From: Camelus ferus
Taxonomy: Eukaryota
Assembly (NCBI RefSeq): GCF_009834535.1
Contig: NC_045706.1
Span: forward strand, 372,001-436,000
Reading direction: 5' to 3'
Length of the DNA: 64,000 bases
Positions 59,450-64,000 of the stretch are shown here, in pieces. Within the stretch, counting starts at the first letter, position 1. Each line of letters begins with the position of its first letter. A program made the translations under genes and the position numbers. The notes beneath the pieces are model-generated. The model saw only the letters and a list, made by a program, of their open reading frames with translations. It searched no databases and was not told the DNA's origin.

Positions 59450-60250
59450 CGGTCACCGGTCCCTGCCCTTGGCGCCGCGGTCGCTTCACTCCTCTTTGGC
59501 CGCGTCCGCGTCCCGGGAGCCCCACTGGCCTCGGGGAAGGGCGCGACTAGGCCTGGGACGCCGGTGCTCCGCGGGGAGGCGGAGGGCTGGGCAGGACCTC
59601 TCCCTCGACCTTGGCCGGACCGCGTGTGTCTCCTCGGTGCTACCCGGCAGACGGACACGTGGTGCGTCCTAGGCGACTGCAGGGCAGTCCGCGAGGACCC
59701 AACCGGCAGAAGCCGCATCCCCCGGAGCGCGGGCTCTGGGTCCGCGCTGAGCCCCCGGCGGCCGGAGTCGGCCCCCAGCCCGCCGCAGGGCTTCCGAGGG
59801 GACGGGTGGAGTCAGCACCGTCGACTCCCGGGGGCGCCGGCGCCAGCCTAGGCGGAGCACCAAGCCGCCTCCGCGCCCGCCCCGCCGCGCGGACATCAAA
59901 GGCCCCGCGGGCTTCGCCTCCGAATTATCACCCCAACGCCGCCTTCGAGCCTGAGGGGCAGGGCGGCGGGGCTGGTGATGCGGGAGCCGGACACAGCAGG
60001 GAACCGGCAGGCCCTGACCGCAGCTCTTCCTCTGGCCCTTGGGCAGGCTCAGTTCTGTCACCGGACCCGGCGGGGTGAGGCCGGGGACTAAAATCACTTG
60101 TGTGTAGCTGGGGTGTCTACTGGGAGGCTGCAGGGTGTCCTGGAAGTCGTACGGCCCCAGGGCTGCTCCAGGGACGCCCGCGCGCATGCTTCCAGCTCCG
60201 CAGCGACAGTGTCCGTTTCAGTATCCGGCGAAAGCGGCTGAGCTGGGAGA
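59450..60250. promoter_or_regulatory. CpG island upstream of VENTX
   Basis: High CpG density; no recognisable coding homology. Confidence 0.7.
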
Positions 60251-60358
60251 GGGTGCTGTGCGGAGGCCCTGACCCCAGTGGAGGCCTAGGGGATAAATAC
60301 CCCCCACGACTGCTCAAGGTGCACACTACTTCATCATGTGCTCAAAAGCACTAATTTA

Positions 60359-60477
60359 CAAGTTAAAAAAAATTGGGGGGGTAACTTAGGTTTTTATTTA
60401 TATTTTTTTAATGGAGGTACTGGGAATTGAACCCAGGACCTGGTGCATCTCTACCACTGAGCTGTACCATCCCGGCT
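60359..60477 (-). mobile_element. Vic-1-type SINE, antisense, internally deleted
   Basis: Minus strand GGGATGGTACAGCTCAGTGGTAGAG..GGGTTCAATTCCCAGTACCTCCATTAAAA..; near-TSD AAAAGCAYTAATTTA at 60344-60358 and 60478-60492 (1 mismatch). Confidence 0.88.
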
Positions 60478-60899
60478 AAAAGCATTAATTTATGAAATGG
60501 CAGGTTTTAACACGGACCATGCCTTTCAAAACCTAGTTTTAGCGTCTCCTCCTTTCTAACCTTTCAGGGCCGGTCCCTTGGCCTCTTGGCCCCACACAGG
60601 AACCATCCTTGGCAGCCATCCCCCAACTCTACTGGGCGGCTCCCTCCCTATTCCGGGACCCTCCTCTAATGGCCCTCCCACCTCCACTTCCCCAGCCCCT
60701 ATCTGAACCTCCCCCTCCAGGGTCCTAAGGTGACCTCCCCTCAGCAGGTCAGATGGCCCCACCCTCTGAGCCCTCCCCTCCAGATGCAGGCGCTGCCTAG
60801 GTTGGCCCCTCTTCCCAGCGGTCATTTCCGCCAGGCTGCGAGGGGCTCAGGCTCGCTCGTGTCCACTGGGGTCCCCCTTCCCTCCCTCTACACCTGGCC

Positions 60900-61720
60900 G
60901 GGTAAAAACTGTGTAACCCACGTTTGGCATCAGCTTCCTTACTTGGCTTCGGAGCAGCCTCCGGAGCTGCTAGGGACCGGCCACCAGGTTTGCTGCCCTT
61001 CTGCTGCCTTCCTAGGACTCCGGGTGATTCGGCGCAGGCGTGGTTTCCCACCGAACCCGCACCTGCGCGCCCGGAGAGTCGCGTCCCGCCTGCAGCGGGC
61101 AGCGGGCTGGGTGGAGGCCAGCGGGAGTGGGAGACCCGCGCTCTCCGGTCCGCCTGCACTGGGTGGCCCTGCAGCCCCGTCCCGACAAGCGACCGAAGCC
61201 AACTCCCTCCTCCTGAACGGGCTCTTCCGGCGGCCCCAGCCCTGCGTCTGGCACTTGGTTCCGGGGGTCCATCTGCTTAAGTCCTGAGACCCGCCGGGTT
61301 CTAGCCATCACGGCCCCCACTCGTCTAGGCCACCTCCACCGACAGCGGGGACGACGGCCAGGGGAGGCCCTGCCCCTCCGAAGACCACTGTCCACGCCCC
61401 TCCCTCAGACATATCGGAGCTGGGGAGGCGTGAATGAGAAGTGAGGCTGATCCCTGGTGGCGGCATCGCTGTCCTCCTGTCCCATCTCTCCAGCCCGCGT
61501 GGCCTCGGGACGCTCTCGCAGAGCAGGCGCCACGGCCGCCCCTTCAGCCCAGCCCCTCGCTCTCAGGGTGGGCTCCTCCCCCGCTGCCACGCCCCCTCAC
61601 GCTCCTCCCCCCGCCCTCCCAGGGAGCCCAGACGGCTTGCTCGTGCTTCTGGCAGAGAGACCGGAGGTGTCAGTGTGGGGGCGTGGTGGGCGCGACCCAC
61701 GCCTGCCGGGCGGTAGTTTG
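60900..61720. promoter_or_regulatory. Second CpG-rich island upstream of VENTX
   Basis: CpG-dense; does not translate to UTF1 or any protein I recognise. Confidence 0.55.
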
Positions 61721-62659
61721 GGAAGAGAGCACACGGTGGGTGGGCGGTGTTGGAGTCCCAGGCCCCAGGTGTGAAGAGGCAGAGAGCCCCACGCCCTCCC
61801 ATAGCCTGGGAAGCGCTGGGTCTGTCTGGGTAGGCCCGGTCCTCACACCCCCTCTTTCCTAGGGGGCCAGGTCTGCTGCTGCCTCGAGGAGCCTCAGCGG
61901 TGGGCCCTCCCGGGTCCACCTCCCTCCGCCCTCAGGGGATGCAGCAGGGCAGGCAGAGTGGGCCAACAGGGGCAGGTGCTCCCCTGGCCCCTCCCACTCC
62001 TCAGCCCTCACTTGGGGTCCTCCTGCCCACGGCCCTGAGGCTGGTGCGGTCCAGAGTGTGTGTGCAGACCAGGCAGCCTGCCTGTGGCCCCCTCTGCTCA
62101 CCAGGCCTCACCTTCCCTGCTCCAGTCAGTGGGCTCTGAGGCTGTCCCGGCTCCGGGTAATTCCCACCGCCTCTGCCCAGCCAAGGGCACATCTCCTTCT
62201 GCAGGCGGGGGCCCTCTATCCTCCAGGCAGAGGAGGGCCTCTGGCTGGCAGGGCTGGGCCACGCTGGGATGCCCTCATGCAGGTAAGTTCGTCAGAAAGA
62301 AAGTGGACCGAGTCACCACCCGTGGCCAGGCCCTGTGGCCTTGCAGCTCTGCCCCTGAGAGACAGGGTGGGAGGGATTCAGGGTCGAGGCTGGTTCAGAT
62401 GGGTTGAAGAGTCACCTGGGTGACCTTTTGGTGCATTTGGTAAGTCCTCAGTGAGACTGAGCAGCTTGGAAAGGGGCTCTCTGGTGACCCTGGACCGGAC
62501 CTCGACTGGAAGGTCTGACTCCAGGTCTTTGACTTTGGTGAAAGGAATGGGATTTTGGGATTGAATTAAACATAAATTTAAAGGTGAGATTCTGAAGATA
62601 GGAAGCTGAAGCCAGTGATACTAAAATAAAACAACTGTATGTGAGGACGTGGAACTCCC

Positions 62660-63240
62660 AGGCATATGTGGTGATTTAAGTTAAGCGAAAAAAATTCAGT
62701 TCTTCAGTCGCACTGGCCACGTTTTAACAGCTCAGTGACCACACGTGGCTGGTGGCTGTCAGACTGTTACGGAAGTGACAGGCCAGCCAAGAAACAAGCA
62801 CCACTCGGAGGGTTGGAGTACTCAGATTTATTACGCCGGTGGGCTCAGAGGGGCTTCTGCTCCGAAGCTTTGAGCACCTCCAAGACATGCACATGAGGTT
62901 TTATAGGGTTAATTACAAGTATGGGGCTATTAGCCAATAAGGCTCAAACAACAAAAAGCAAGGAATCAGTACACTGGAGCTTATCAATTCGGAACAGATC
63001 ACGTTACTGACACTTGTTGAGCTTGGATTTACGAGTTAGCTTGTTAGCCCAGTAAACTGACACTAAACTTCAGATTTACGAGTTAGCCCAGCAGAACTTA
63101 GATCAGTAAACCGACACTTATCACGCTTAGATTTGTGACTTAGCTCGTTAGCCCAGCTGGGCTTTTCTTTCACAAGACTGGACAGTGCCTTCTGGAACAT
63201 TCCCATCATCCCAGAGAGTTCTGCCTGGTGCTGCTCTGGA
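62660..63240. mobile_element. MER3/MER33-like hAT element split by the LTR (parts about 62660-62764 and 63179-63240)
   Basis: aaaattcagttcttcagtcgcactggccac..cacgtggctggtggct resumes after the LTR as tggacagtgc..aacattcccatcatcccagagagttct, colinear with the recalled consensus. Confidence 0.75.
62765..63174 (-). mobile_element. ERV solo LTR, 410 bp, gammaretrovirus-like
   Basis: TG...CA ends; exact 4-bp TSD AGAC (62761-62764 and 63175-63178). On minus: U3 direct repeats, CCAAT box, TATAAAA (62905-62899), AATAAA (62832-62827). Confidence 0.92.
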
Positions 63241-64000
63241 CATACAGATGTGCTGGGTATTATTAGAGACAGCAGTGAACCAGGGCAAGTCAGACAAGCA
63301 CCCTCTTGTAAATACAGTGAGGACCACAACCCCTGGGATCTTTGGGAAGGGACCTCGTTCTGGGAGACTGGTGACAAAGATGACAGGCACTGAGGACAGC
63401 AGCAGCCACAGTGACTCAAGTGATCTGTGATGACATGGAAATGGGACAGGCTGGCCCAAGATCTTCCGTGTGTGGGACCGAGTCACACAGGGCCAGAGAG
63501 TGCAGGTGGGGGCAGGGAGGGCCAGCACCAAGCTTTAGGAGCAGAGGTGTAAGCCTCGGGGCAGAGGGGGGAGGCGGTGTGGCTCGGGGCACAGGCCCTT
63601 CTGCTCTGCTTACAGAGGCAGGTCTTCGGGAGAGGATCGTGTGGGTGATGCTGACAAAGCTGAGTGAAATACCTCGTAGAAGATGTAACCACAGACTTCA
63701 GGCGGGATTCTTCACTGACCAGTCGAAACAGTCGAGACGTACTGTCCATCAGTCAAGGATCTGACCTTTCTCCGAGGCCAGAAGGGCCCTTGAGGGACTA
63801 GATTAGAACCAAGAGTTCAGAGAGCAAAGAAAAGGGTGCCCACGGGGTGTGCTGAAGGTGCTGGACATAGGTTAGGCCCACCCAATAGGCAGAAAAACCT
63901 GCCTAGAAAGGATAGTGGCTCTCACGCGGGTAAATGGTGAGCAGAGGCCAGCCCCAGAGACACCCCACCTACCGGTGATGGAGGGCAGGCGGGGCTGCAT

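Noticed and set aside
59450-64000. UTF1, expected beyond VENTX by synteny
   Set aside because: No UTF1 peptide motif (PWSARETELLL, QCRRRYKFLKD) and no CATTGTTATGCTAGT enhancer seen; probably outside the window.
1-64000. CRISPR arrays, operons or other prokaryotic systems
   Set aside because: Spliced mammalian genes and mammalian repeats throughout; no repeat-spacer array.

Overview
GC-rich mammalian genomic DNA, not microbial. Two tRNA-Ala-derived Vic-1-type SINEs point to a camelid (camel, alpaca or llama). The window is the conserved block equivalent to human 10q26.3, read in reverse. In order: ZNF511 (-, 6 exons, 260 aa) head-to-head with TUBGCP2 (+, 17 coding exons, 906 aa), then ADAM8 (+, 24 exons, 837 aa), a disabled SPEF1-like gene (+), MIR202 with its probable host lncRNA (+), and VENTX (-, 3 exons, 257 aa). 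The exons of the four intact genes were placed by hand from GT-AG sites, and the phases add up to open frames. Most entries in the ORF track are GC-rich noise. Best leads: (1) a SPEF1L-type ciliary gene with several independent lesions but a retained tandem RFX X-box plus forkhead promoter; (2) a young-looking ERV solo LTR with a perfect TSD, nested in a MER3/33 element and pointing at VENTX; (3) a 60-bp inverted repeat in TUBGCP2 intron 9; (4) a seed change in miR-202-3p; (5) candidate intronic terminal exons in ADAM8 and TUBGCP2; (6) an unassigned coding-like 204-codon frame at 49909-50520. I see no wholly new multi-gene system. Gene and repeat names come from recalled homology, not from database searches.
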